In this document: positions 23,791 to 36,249 of the stretch, piece after piece | Position numbering within the stretch: the first letter of the stretch is position 1 | How the letters are laid out: every line of letters starts with the position of its first letter | Source: Felis catus | Lineage: Eukaryota | Direction of reading: 5' to 3' | Length of the DNA stretch: 60,000 nucleotides | NCBI RefSeq assembly: GCF_018350175.1 | Contig: NC_058383.1 | Span: 19,346,001-19,406,000, forward strand | Program-made: the position numbers and the translations under genes | Notes under the pieces: model-generated | Databases searched by the model: none | What the model was told of the DNA's origin: nothing | Seen by the model: only the letters and a program-made list of their open reading frames with translations

Positions 23791-25969
23791 ACCCAAGGGG
23801 CTGGCCTACCCCAAGGCCACGACAAGTCCAAGCTGCTCTCCCACGAGGGTCAAGAGCACCCAAAGGAACCTCGCATGGCTGCAGATGGCCGGCCTGGGCT
23901 ATAAACAGCAAGTGGGTCATTTTCTGACTTTGGTGTACTGTCCCCTCATCATTGCCCCGATGCCGCTCCTCAGGACAGGAAGGTAAGGGGCTGCCGGATA
24001 AGTGACCCGGGATTCTGCTCACCCCAGTCATGGCTGCCCTTCTTCTCAGCGACCCAAATACCGAGCAGAAAGAACACAAGGGCTGGTAGCAGCTAGGGCT
24101 TAAGATGCTGATGGGGGTGGGGATCCTTGATGGGGGTGTGGAAATGCCCCCTTGGGGGACACAGGGGGCCTCACGGGGCTCACAAGGCAAACGCATGAAT
24201 GACGCAGGCTCTCGACCTTCGCTAGGCTGTGGAACGACACGCTGCTCTGGTAGAACAGCACAGCCCTGCCTCAGAGCCCACAGTCGTGGGGCAGGGACAG
24301 ACACGGATCACGCAGGTGCACCGCGGACCTACCGGCAGGTGGGGGACAAGTGGCAGGGTAAAGGCTGGAGAGGATAGAGGGAGTGGACACTATTTGAGGC
24401 CCTTGGTGAGGGAAGTCCACATCTGAGCGGAGACCTAAGGGCAGTGAGCCCCGGGAATACCCCTATGGCGGAGGGGGGGAGGGGGGTTGCTCCTGGCCAG
24501 GGAACAGCAGGTGCCAAGGCCCTGAGGTGGGCTGGGCTTGGGGGTTGGGTTCTCATGCAGCCCCGAGGCCATGTCAGCCCAACAGGCCTCAAGCTACAAC
24601 CCGGGTGACTGGCACGATGATTTTTGTCAAAGGAACGTATGGAAAGTCGTTTCGACCCCAGACCTTGTCGGTCTCGGTATTTGCGAATAGCACCAAAGCA
24701 ATGCCGTTTCCTCCGTGAGCTGCAGTGCAGCAGAGCTAAAAAATTCAAGGCCCCTTCAGATGCTCTAGAGGGTTCTATAAATAAGGGACCAAGGTCTATA
24801 AATAAGAGACAAGTGTGCCCAGGCTCTAACAGTGGGGGTGCGAACCCCCACGTTGGTGGAAGGCTCAGGCAGCACCAAGACCAGCAGAACAAAAGCTCCT
24901 TCTCCATTTCCTGCACGGAGCGCTTATAAAGTCGGTCTACGAGGAGCCGTGTGGTGCCCCTGCCTTGTTACTGTCTTTACGTGCGCAGGTGGCCCGTCCT
25001 CTCGTGCCTCAGTGGTCTGGGGCTGGGGAGGAACGGTGCACCCGAGTCTAACCTTCTGCCCTCGGTCGCTGCACCCCTGTGCTCGCCTCTTCTTGGAAAA
25101 GGATATCGAGGACGGCGTGTTCTTCCAGTGGGGTCCAGTTCTGCCTACACAAACGCTTCTGCCCCAAGCGAATTTCACTGGGGAGGGAATGCTCCCCTGG
25201 CAACAGGATCATCTCCGGCTGCCTGTGCCCTCTGAGTCCTATTATGCTAAGAAGACGCTTTGAAAAATGAAATCACCCTCTTCCCGAGTGAAGGTCAACC
25301 CTGCAGCTCCGTTCCCAGAGCTTTCCCCGCCCGTGGTTTCCGAGAGACGTCTGCACACGGTGCCGGCGTCCTCCTGAACCCCATTTCTGCTGACCAGCTT
25401 GTGTTTACGGTGCATTTCCTCACGACACACGAGGCGACCACCTTTTAACTCGTTTTGACGCTCTCATCGCTCACTTGGGTGAGCCAGCTTCGCACCAGCC
25501 TGAACCCCACAGGGGGGGTGGATTTATTTTCATCACACACCTAGAGAACGGCAGATTTATTCACGCAATAAATTTGTGCCACCAGCAGGAACCAAATTGC
25601 ACATTTTAATTTATCCCACACTGCTCTTTTCTGGTGGAAAACCATCCCTCTTCTGGTCACTTCACTTTCTCTTCCCTTCGCCGAAATTTGCCTTTTTTTT
25701 CTCTCTTACAGAGAAACAAAGAGCATATCAACATGGGAGATTTACCACGAATACAACACATGTCACAAAAGAAGATGGGGATGCGGGGCTCCCGGTGGAC
25801 TCACGAGCCAGGTAACTTGCTCCCAGCTGCCAGCCGGGACTCCAAAAAACGCAAAGTCAGAGTCTCTGCAAAATTATCCCGTACCGCATGTGTGGGACCT
25901 TTGAGGTCGCCTGGGAATCCACTGGAAGGGCAGATACTACATCTGAGAATAACAAGGGTCTATCGTAAA

Positions 25970-26820
25970 GATCGTAAGCCAGCAGCCCACAGGCCAAAAC
26001 CACCTGCAGATGTGTGTCGTGTGACTTTTACTTTTTTTTTTTTTTTATTGGAAATAGATGCTAAGCTTTTTTTTTTCTTTTTTTTTTTTTTTAAAGAGCA
26101 AATCCACCTGATAATTAGAATTCCTGGAGTTTCTTGAAAAATCATAGGAACACAGGGTGCCTGGGTGGTTCTGTCAGTTAAGCATCCGACTTGGTTTTGG
26201 CCCAGGTCATGATCTCATGGTTTGGGGGTTCAAGACCTACATCAGGCTCTACACTGACAGCTGCAGAGCCTGCTTGGGGTTCTCCGTCTCCCTCGGTCTC
26301 TGCCCCTCCCCCACTCACTCTCTATCTCTCTCTCTCTAAATAAATAAACATTAAAAAAAAATCCTATGATCTGGGAACCTCTGACCAGACGGCATTCCTA
26401 TGTGGGGATCATATGCTGGAGTTGGGTGGTGGGGCCCCCTTTAGACGGGTTATAAGCCCTCTGGGTTCTACGGGGCACCCCTACTCCCTATGGTCACATG
26501 ACCATCAGCTTGGAGGCTGTGCACTTACTTGCGTGGCAAAAGGTCCAGGGAAACAGCTGACTTAGCCCTGTTTTGTCCTGAGATGCCCACACTCGTCCCT
26601 AAACTCCTGAGGCCGGGTGGCTTAGTTGGCTAAGCGCTGGACTTTGGCTCAGGTCATGATCTCACAGTTCGTGAGTTCAAGCCCCACATCAGTCTCTGCT
26701 GTCAGTGCATAGCCCGCTTTGGATCCTCTGTCTCCCTCTCTCTCTGTCCCTCCCCTGTGCTCTCTCTTTTTCTCTCTCAAAAATAGCAAATAAGCATTAA
26801 AAAAAATAAAACAAAATAAC
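25970..26820 (+). mobile_element. MER102-like hAT fossil with two Can-SINEs (26155-26360, 26609-26820)
   Basis: gcccacaggccaaaaccacctgcagatgtgtg...tttcttgaaaaatc...gatctgggaac; two SINE heads. Confidence 0.7.
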
Positions 26821-26974
26821 ATCCTGAGATGCCCACACTCGCCTCTAAAATTCAACTGGCAGGTGGGAAGGGGGGGCTACACCCGGCACAATGGTCTACA
26901 CCTGAGTACTCAACCCTCCATGCAGCTGACGACAGCACAGCCTCACCAGGCCACACGCTTCCCATGGCCTAAGA

Positions 26975-27475
26975 GGCTGTGACCAGTGTCCACTAACTCC
27001 TGCCCTCCCTGGCCCCCCGATGCAACATCACTCACCGAGGGGTGGAGTCTATTTCTCCAGCTGGGCTCAGCTTGGTGACTTTCTTTGGCCAACAGACCAC
27101 TGGACAGTCAAGACCAAGCAGAGTCTGCAAAAAGCACTTACACGGGGGCGCCCGGGTGGCTCAGTCAGTCAAGCGTCCGACTTCAGCCCAGGTCATGATC
27201 TCACGGTCCGTGAGTTCGAGCCCCGCGTCGGGGCTCGGTGCTGGCAGCTCAGAGCCTGGAACCTGCTTCGGATTCTGTGTGTGTCTCTCTCTCTCTCTGC
27301 CCCTCCCCCACCCATGCTCTGTCACGCCAGGGACTGGCTGTCCGAGACCATCCAGCCCAGGCGGCCACCAGCTCCCTCTGGAGCCGCCCAGCCCGTCTGA
27401 GCAAAAAAGGGCTGTTGTTTCAGGCCACCGCATTTGGGGGTAGTTTGTTGGGCGGCTATAAATAGCTGATACACA
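26975..27475 (+). mobile_element. Degraded MLT1-type LTR with a tail-less Can-SINE (27144-27323)
   Basis: Ends ttgttgggcggctataaatagctgataca, like an MLT1 terminus. Confidence 0.6.
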
Positions 27476-28039
27476 TGGCTTGTCAAGGCCTGTGCTCTTC
27501 TGTCTCGAGAGTGTCTCCGGGCCTCTCCGTGGGCAGGTGCTGTCTGTGACTCGAACACTCATCATGTTACTGCCCCGGGAATGCACGTGGTTTCCGAGGA
27601 AGGCAACGAGGGCTCCCCGCGCCACCCTGACCACGTGACTCCGCTCCTTCCTCCGGGATCGTAACAGCCCTTTGCTCCACGCCCTGCCTCTGGAGCATCT
27701 TTAGCAAACCGTCCTCGGTGCTTAATTTGCACATGAAATGGAGAGCAGTTTGCTTTTGTCTTTCCTGTAAGGGGAACACCACCACAGCGCCCCTGTTTTC
27801 TTCAGGGGAACCAGCCCTTCCCCTCTCTTCTCAGGCTACAGAGTGTGGACGGATCTGACCCTGCTCCTCGCCCAGCCTTTCCCTGTGACCACGGAGACTG
27901 GAGAGATCCGTTCAGGGGAGAGCTGGTTCCTGGGCTCTGCTGAATTATTAGCAAAGGAGCAGGTCCTTTCTCTAGGGCTGCTGGGCCGGCAAAAAGAGAG
28001 CCTAGAGGCCCTGGGGGCCATCCGTGGGCCACGCCTGAG

Positions 28040-28230
28040 ACTAGAGATGTGGTTCTCAAAGTGTGACCCCTGGATCGGTAACCTCAGCGTCATCGGAATT
28101 TGTTGCGGGATCAAAATACTTAGGCTCCAAGATGCACCGAAGTAGACACTGGGGCTGGGTCCAACAATCCGTGTTTTCATTTGCTTGGCAAAGAATTCCG
28201 ATGCACATTCCAAGTTTGAGACCCTGCTGG
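28040..28230 (+). mobile_element. MER5A-like hAT DNA transposon
   Basis: gtggttctcaaagtgtg...caagtttgagaccctg terminal inverted ends. Confidence 0.75.
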
Positions 28231-29229
28231 ACTGGAGGAGAGAGGAGCTAAGTGATGAAGAAACAGCTTCCTGGTGATATCATCCGGGCACCTAGATCCC
28301 ACCATGCCTGACGCCAAATCTATAGTCCTGGACTCTCCAGGTCTGGGAGCAATACATTTTCCTTTGTTGCTTTAGCCAGTTTGGGTTTCTGTCACTTGCT
28401 ATTAATAATGAACACGGACCAACTACTAACTATAAGACTCTGGACTTCGGCAGAGTGGTCTTTCTGCTGCTGGTATCTGACAGAAATGCTAAGTACAGGG
28501 CTGTCAGGGTCCTCTAATTCAATCACACTGAGGGTGTTACTTTATTTCTATGGCTGGCAGCTTGTCTGAGAAAAGTGGTTCAGATATATCACTTCCCTAG
28601 AGCATTCTGACAACTTTGACAGTAAACTTTGTGCATTAAAGACGAATGTTCTTTCACCCTCAATAGGACAACAGGTCTCTGGAAGTCTCCTGGGCAGAGA
28701 TGGGAGTAACACAGGACGTGAGGTCCCTTCATTAGAACCAGGACAGTTACAGTGACAGAGGGGAATAAGCTCTCATGCATCACACGCACATTTAATTGAC
28801 ACAAATTCAATTTTATGACCTTGGCCAAAAGAAAAGGGGCAAGGGGGGAAAAGGCAATAGGTTGTACTTCTGGTAACGTTAATCCGGACCCAACTCTTCC
28901 TTAGAGCACAGCTAGAAAAGCTGGCCCAAGTGTTATACAAACCTGATTGAAAAAAAAGACATTTGTTGGAAGGCATGGAGAATGAATAGGGCTGTGAGGG
29001 ACTACAGGAGAATGAACAGGGCCAAAAGAAGGCAGGAGAAGGAAACCCAGAGAGGTGAACCCACAAGGAGCTGTTGACTCTTGAGTGAGCCGCTGCTAGC
29101 TGGGAGGCTGAGCGGAGCTGGTGACAGACTTGGGGTCACAGCCTGAGAGTCAGGGTGACCCGGCAAAAGCCAGGATGGAAGGGCACAGAAAGGTTAACAA
29201 CATGGGCAGTCCAGATCGCTACCGTGTAA

Positions 29230-29900
29230 AATTAAGAATAATAGTGATAATAATGACGGTGCCGTCACCTAGTGAGGTTTAAAATCTAGAGAGAATTAAA
29301 CAGCATGACAATAATAGCATTTAAGTTGGGAGGGGAATAAATGGAGTTACAGAGTTGTAAGGTCCTTTCACTGAGTGAGAAGTGGTAAACTTGCTAATTT
29401 AAAGTAGACTCAGGTAAGTCAAGAATGCGTGTCGCAATCTCAGGTGATGACTGGAAGGATAATAAAAGAATGTATAACTAACAAGCTAATAGAGAGAGAA
29501 AGGAGGAATAACAGAAAGTAATCAGCTCAAAAGAGGGCAAGAAAGGAGAGAGAGAGGAACATAAAACAGGCAGAGCCTATAAAAAGCAAACAATACGATA
29601 GCAGATTTAAACTCAAGTGTATCAGCAATTACATTAAATGTAAATGGACTAAATGTGCCCATTAAAACACGTAGATTGTTAGAGGATAAAAATAAAACCC
29701 AATTACATGCTGCTTATGAGAGACAAACTTCAATGTAAGGAAGGAGAGAGTTTCAAAGCAAAGGAGGAAAGAAGATACACCATGTAAACACTGACCGAAA
29801 GAAAGTTGGTGGGCTTTAGGGCAAAGAGCATCACTAGATTGAAAAAGCGACAATGCGGTGATCAAAGGTTCCATTCACCATGGAGATATAAAGAGGCTGA
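29230..29900 (+). mobile_element. Ancient L1 fragment (inter-ORF region and start of the ORF2 endonuclease)
   Basis: aattacattaaatgtaaatggactaaatgtgcccattaaaa (ITLNVNGLN..IK) and catgctgcttatgagagac. Confidence 0.75.
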
Positions 29901-30089
29901 TTTGTGTGTGACCCTCAAAAGCCCACCCCACAAATACAAAGCATATAAGCAGTCCAGATTGTGCCTGGAAGGGGTGAGATGGTTTGATGTCACTGTCTCG
30001 TCAGGAAGTCTCAGGTTCCTTGTGCCTCTGGGGATGTGAACACCCAGCACCCTGAGCACAATGCCAGAGTCTAAAAACACACATTTTCA

Positions 30090-30333
30090 GGGTGCCTGGG
30101 TGACTCAGTTGATTAAGCATCTGACCTGGGCTCAGGTCACGATCTCAGTTTGTGGGTTCGAGCCCCGCGTCGGGCTCTGTGCTGACCGCTCAGAGTCCGG
30201 AGCCTGCTTCGGATTCTGTTGTCTCCCTCTCTCTCTGCCCCTCCCCCATTCACTCTCCATCTCTCTCTCTCAAAAATAAACAAGCATAAAAAAAAATTTT
30301 TTTAATAAATAAATCAATAAAAAATAAATAAAA
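30090..30333 (+). mobile_element. Can-SINE
   Basis: TSD aaaaacaca. Confidence 0.9.
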
Positions 30334-31066
30334 ACACAGTTTCACTGCAACCCAGACCCTAGACAGAGGCAACTGCTTCATCTGGGGCTCAGCCAAGGAG
30401 CTGGGATTGTTCCCACCCTGGAGGAGAGACGATGCTCTGGGGTTGTCTACATACATGCTGCCCTCCAGCATCAGTCTGACAGATTTCCAAGGGTTTCTTT
30501 GGCCACCTGCACTTCTGACCTTCAGAACACAATCCCCGTGTGAAAAGTGGCTCCACCGTAAGCCCAGCGCGAGGGTGGGGACGATGCCACGGTTTTCAAC
30601 TTTCCTTTCTCCAAATGTGGCTTATGTAGGGGCCAAATGTATCTGACAGGCTGAGCTCCAAATCTGTTCAAAATGAAGATTCCGTTACCTCAGACGGGGT
30701 CCTCTTTCGGGGAGTCGACGGGACAAATCGCTCTAAGAACCAAATACCAGAGACAGCGGGTGATCTGACTTTGATCAGATGGCCCAGTGACACACATTTT
30801 TTATATGCATCCACGATTCTTTGCCACGGGAGCTCACAGCCACAACTGGACCGCCCTCACGTACCCATTTGCTCACCCCCTGGCTTCATCGTGTTTTCTC
30901 TACTCTCCTTTTCTCTTCGCCCTCACTTCCTCAGGTATGTGTTCGTCTCACGCCACAGGTTATATGTAGCTTGTTAAACTATGCCAGAACTTTCTGGAGA
31001 ATGGCCGATGATAGATTGATTAATTAATTAAGCTCTGCTTCTCAAAATGTTGTCCATGAAGGTCTG

Positions 31067-31497
31067 TGTCATGGGTTGAACTGAGTCCCCATAAAGGATG
31101 CTGGGGTCCTAACCCCCAGGCCCTGTCAACGTGACCTTCCTTGGAAATGGGGTTATTTGCAGATAATTGGGTTAATACGAGGTCGCGAGGGTGGACCTTC
31201 ATCCAATATGACTGATATCCTTATAAAAAGGGGAAATCTGGACACGTAGACAGATGCCCACGCAGGAGAGCGCCACGTGAAGGTTGGAGTTCCACTGCCC
31301 CGAGTCAAGGGACCACGGGGAACTAGAAGGAGGCCCGGCACAGATTCTGGCCTAGAGCCTTCAGAAGGAACACGGCCCTGCTGACACCTTAGTCTTGGAC
31401 TTCTGGCTTCCAGAGCTGTGAGGCGATACATTTCTGCTCTTCGACTCGATCAGACTGTGGTATTTTGTTACAGCAGCAACCGTAGGAAACTAAGACG
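31067..31497 (+). mobile_element. MLT1 solo LTR
   Basis: tgtcatgggttgaactgagtcccc...cttggacttctggcttccagagctgtgag...ggaaactaagac. Confidence 0.85.
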
Positions 31498-33092
31498 CTA
31501 TTCAAAATTGTTTTAGTTGATGCACTAAAATTTTGTTCAGCTTGGAGAATATTAACAGTTATATGCTGACATCAATGAGAATTAGAAAAAAAAAAAGTAT
31601 CTCCTGTGACTCAGTTCTGTGATTTCAGGCTTGTTTTCGGTTCGGACCGGCCCGACGTGGGTACGTCGTAAGCGAGTCACATTTTAGCGGGCACGCGAGG
31701 GGCCGTGCGGTGGCGTGGCTAAGAAAACAGACTCTGAAGCCAGGTTTTCAAGCACTGGTTTCGCCACTCGCGGGCTGTGTGACTTTGGACAGACTCCTCA
31801 ACCTCTCTGTGCCTTGGTCTCCCCTGTGAAATGGCGTTGCTAACAGCATCCGCCGCCCGGGGTGGTTTAGATGATTACACGCAAGATGACATGCGTGTTG
31901 TAAAACACGCCGCTTTCGGTTCAGTGCTTTGTAAATGCCGGCTTTTCGGTTTATTACCCAGACGCGGGACATCTAGTGATCGCGGCACACGCATGAGGGA
32001 GGGGAGTCCCAGTGAGCCCAGCAGGACAGACCAGACTTTTGTCTCCTGAAGCTGCGGTTAACGGAGTTTGGGTGTCGGACAAACAGCATCACGCGGGATT
32101 TACCATCTGCACCCTCCACGTGCTGTTGGCCCTCCAAGAGCTGACGGGGCCCTTATCTCGTCCCCTGGCCCCCGTCTCTCTCTCTCCTTCCCAGCTTCTT
32201 GGTCCTTCATCCAACCAAAGCAGATAGATCCAAAACTCACCACGTTTTTCTGACATCTTACAGGTTACATCTGACTCTTCACCCCTGTCGACTACATCTC
32301 GAAAGACCTATTTACAAATATGGCCTCTCCAACCCTATCGGCGGCTGTGACCTTGGCATGCCCTTGTCAACATATCACTTCTGCAGTGATTCCCTTTCCA
32401 CGTCTACCTTCCTCGGGTCCCCCCAGTGCAAGCATCTTTCTAGGCTCTGGCTTTTGCCAACAAGTCCCAGGAGCCAGTTTGGTCCTAACTCCGCCCACTG
32501 GATTCTGGCTCTTCGTGTGGGTAGGACGCAGACAACTCCACCACCCGCAGGCTCTGTCTGGTTGTGGTTCGGGGTCACTCCCCGCTGAGGCAGGACACAG
32601 ATCCGACCCAGCCTTCCTGCAGTGGGCTTAGCACTGAATACTACCTGTCCAGATCCAGCGGCCTGGCTTACTTAGGTCTCCCTTGCTCCCTTGCTAGATC
32701 TCAGGACCTGCACCAGCCAAGTGACAAGCCAGGGAGTCCCCCATCACTGCCGGGTCTCGGCTCTGCCGTCCTCTCACGGCAGGCTCCCCACTGCCCAGCT
32801 CCTCGCCCTTGGTTGTTCAGGATAAATGTCACAACTAGTCTGATATGCTTACAACAGACTCCTCGGTTGCTGTCAGGAATCCGGCCACTGGTAAGACTCA
32901 GAGATGAGCCACCACCTTCCCCATCCTCTAGTCCCACATCCACCCTGGCTTCCGACAAGCCACACTCCATGTGGCAGCCACAGGGACCTTGTTCAAATAT
33001 AAAGCAGGTCAGTGCCAAGTCCCTCCCCCGGCCCCTGCTCACCTCTGTGACCCCTCACCCGCCACGCTCTGGCCTCCAGCCTTCTTTCTTAT

Positions 33093-33311
33093 TCTTTTTT
33101 TTTTTTTTCAACGTTTATTTATTTTTCAGACAGAGAGAGACAGAGCACGAACGGGGGAGGGGCAGAGAAAGAGGGAGACACAGAATCGGAAACAGGCTCC
33201 AGGCTCTGAGCCATCAGCCCAGAGCCTGACGCGGGGCTCGAACTCACGGACCGCGAGATCGTGACCTGGCTGAAGTCAGACGCTTAACCGACTGCGCCAC
33301 CCAGGCGCCCC
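33093..33311 (-). mobile_element. Young felid SINEC_Fc-type SINE
   Basis: CpG-rich and near consensus; TSD cttctttcttat. Confidence 0.95.
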
Positions 33312-35544
33312 TTCTTTCTTATACTTGAGCCAACTGAGCAGCTCTTTCCTACCTCAGGGCCTTTGCACAGGTTTTCCCTTCTGCAAAGGGCTAGTCCTTG
33401 ACCTCATCCAGGTCTCAGCTCGTGTCCCCCCTCCTTGGAGAGGCCTCCTCTGACCACGCTGCCAGCCTTGGTGCAGTTCCTATCTTGGTGGTAGCTGTTA
33501 CCACCCATCTTCGTGTTTGTTATCTAGCCCCGCCCGCCGAAATATCAACACTAAGAGAGCAGGAAAAGTGTGTTGCTCACTGCATCACCAGGCCTGGATC
33601 AGCGGCCGGCACACAGCTGGTGCTCAGCACACAGGTTTCTGGTGAGGTCAAAAAGACAACAGATGACCTGCTGCCTTACCCAGAACCCCATCCGGGGCTG
33701 GGCTGGACTGGACTGGAGCATGCCCCTGACCTGCAGCCCCAGGCCTGGGCCCCACGGCCCAGCCTCCCCTGCTGGCCCGGCCCATGGCCCAGGGCACATT
33801 CCCAGGATGCTCGCTGTGAGCCCCGCCTACTGTCCTGAACCCCCAACCCAGGGCTCCTGTGCTGTAACACTGCCTGAGTCACCACCAGGCTTGTCAGGGC
33901 CCACCCCCAGGTGCCTGCCAGCCCGGGCTGGGGGGAGGGGGGAGGGGGGAGGAGCAGCCCGGCACAGCCATCCAGAGCACGAGCCCTGGAGCCTGGGTGT
34001 GAATCGTGGCTTTGCTGTCCCGTTACTCCAGGCAAGTAACTTCCACGTTCTCAACCTTGGTTTCCCCACCTGTGAAATGGGAGAAGGGGGAAGCACTATC
34101 CAGAGGGATTTCCTGCAATTTGTTGCCTGGCACCCACTGCCTCTGCCTCCGGGGACAGCACCAGTGTCTGCTTCACAGAACCACCCCAACTCAAGCCGGG
34201 AGCGACAGCAGCTCCAAGGCTTTGCTGGCCTCCGTGGGAACAGTGCCTGATGGCCCTGCCGAGCACTTGTTCTCGGCCAGGTGACCGTGGCCTATCTCTC
34301 CAGCTCTTTGATCCTGATAGCAACCCTCAGATGGGGGGGTTCTTCTTCTCCCTGTTTGCAGATCGAAGAATGAGGCCCAGAGAGGTTAAGTAATCTGCCC
34401 GAGGTCACAGAGCTAGTGGGTGGTCAGGCTTGCTTTCTGCCAGTGTTGCTGGGCTATGGGCTGCTGGTGGCCATCTCACCACCCTTAAGAGCCTGCCCAG
34501 GCACAACGGGCACAAAGAACGTTGAAGTGGAAGATGGGCAGAGGCAGGCTGCTGCTTTTAATCACCCGGATCCAGCTGTGCCTAAAAATCCCACCACTGT
34601 CGGACTTTTTAACTACACGGGTTGATGCGGACTCTTTCCCTCAAAGACGCTTTTTCAAAATCACGTTGCTACCTAAAATGCCTTGCTCTGTATTCATGTG
34701 GGTTTTGGGCTGTGGTAAGAATTAATCAGATAATGCCTGGGTGCAGCCCTGCCCACAGCCCCTCAGCCAAACCTCTGCCCACAGCTCCGGTGCAGGGCTC
34801 CCCCGGCACCGGGGAGGGGTATGTAAGAACCTGGCTCCCTTGCTCCAGGGTGGGGAGCGGAGGTAGAACGCGGATGTCCAGCCCTGCCTGCCCAGAATCC
34901 CCCAGCCGGGAGGTGTTCCACTTGCCCAGGGAACTTGTGTGGCATCCCCAGTGTGGACGGAATGCCACAGCGACAGAGATCAGGGCCCCTGGCTCAGACA
35001 GACTGCTTGTTTAAGCAAGGCTGGCGGGCTGGAGCTGGATTTTGCCCGGGACACCCCAGATTTCCAAATCCTGGGGACACCAGGATGCCTTGAATTCTCT
35101 GGCATTCACAGAATGCCAGAAACCAGAAGCAAGTGGCTTCCTCAGAGCCACTTCACCGGGGCTTGGGGCCGACACTGGCCACTTCCCAGCCGTGTGACTG
35201 ATCGCCTGCTCTGGGCCTCAGCCCCTCCTCTGTGAAATGGGGACAATCTGTGGGCCTCCCTCAGAGGCTATGTATAAGGATCATAATTTATTACGAATGA
35301 CATAACAAAGCTGACAGCGGTGGCCGGCTCACAGGAAGTGCTCAATGAACGTGACCTCTCGTCTCCATTAGAAGAGCAACAGGCTGACTTCACCATAACC
35401 ACTTTTGTACTATTGGAATTTAGTACCGTTGGCGCGTATCATGATCCATATAAAGTAGAAAATAACAACAATTTAAAAGCAAAACCAAAACTGAAATAGG
35501 TTTTCAACTAGAACTATATCTTGGTTATAGAATGAGCAAGTGGC

Positions 35545-35900
35545 TGTGATGGTCGACTTAATGTGTCTATTTAACTGGGCCACAGGGAGCCCAGATATTT
35601 CGTTAGACACTACTCTGGTTTCCGAAAGGCGTTTTGGGATGAGGTTCACGTTTCAGTTGGAGAATGAAGCAGATTACCCTCCATGATGTGGGTGGGCCCC
35701 ATCCAATCAGTTGAGGGGCCTGGATTGAACAGAAAGGACTGACCCTCTCCCAAGTAAAAGAGAATTCTCCGGAAGACGGCCTCTGGACTTCATCGGCAAC
35801 TTCGACCCTTCCGGTGCGATGGCCTGTGGAAGACTGGAAGACTGGCTCTTCCTGGTTCTGCTAAGCCAGGCTGCAGATTGGACTTTGACACACACACACA

Positions 35901-35945
<45 letters not shown>

Positions 35946-35991
35946 CCTCTCTCTCTCGGTTCTGTTTCTCTGGAGACCTTGACTAACAACA
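35545..35991 (+). mobile_element. MLT2 (ERVL) solo LTR with internal (CA)n(CT)n microsatellite
   Basis: tgtgatggt...gcagattaccctccatgatgtgggtgggccccatccaatcagttgagg...ggttctgtttctctggaga. Confidence 0.85.
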
Positions 35992-36120
35992 CAATTAGGA
36001 AAGGTGAGCTCAGGCCTTGACAAAGAGGGTAACACAGCCAAGACTGCTCTATCACGGCATCCCAGTGAGAGTGCCCCAGGCCCAGCCCCAGCCCTGCTCA
36101 GAGGCTGCCAGAACTCTTAC

Positions 36121-36249
36121 TTGAACATGCCTTCTCCTGGTCTGGGAACACAGCAGAGGGCTGGGGGTTCAGGTTCAACTCAGGTCTGCTGGGAATGAAA
36201 ACCTCGGCGTTGTCCTTCCGCTTAGCAGACAAATTCCTCTCCTTACTAC
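36121..36249 (-). CDS. KATNIP: KATNIP coding exon, 129 nt, phase 1 to 1 (SSKERNLSAKRKDNAEVFIPSRPELNLNPQPSAVFPDQEKACS)
   Basis: Acceptor tgttttcttgcag|GT and donor CAA|gtaaga; ERNLSAKRKDNAEVF motif as in KIAA0556; phase fits both neighbours; absent from the ORF track. Confidence 0.92.

Noticed and set aside
24329..24916. 195-aa ATG-initiated minus-strand ORF in a KATNIP intron
   Set aside because: No recognisable domain or KATNIP similarity, and the exon chain is complete without it
30689..30732. 44-nt minus-strand AG...GT micro-exon candidate
   Set aside because: Frameshifting, moderate splice sites, expected by chance in long introns
33570..34250. Long ORFs such as 226 aa here, 244 aa at 39400-40134, 221 aa at 32564-33229 and 212 aa at 17454-18092
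   Set aside because: GC-rich chance ORFs, mostly with non-ATG starts, running through MIRs, SINEs or microsatellites or in the wrong frame of a real exon; no recognisable protein
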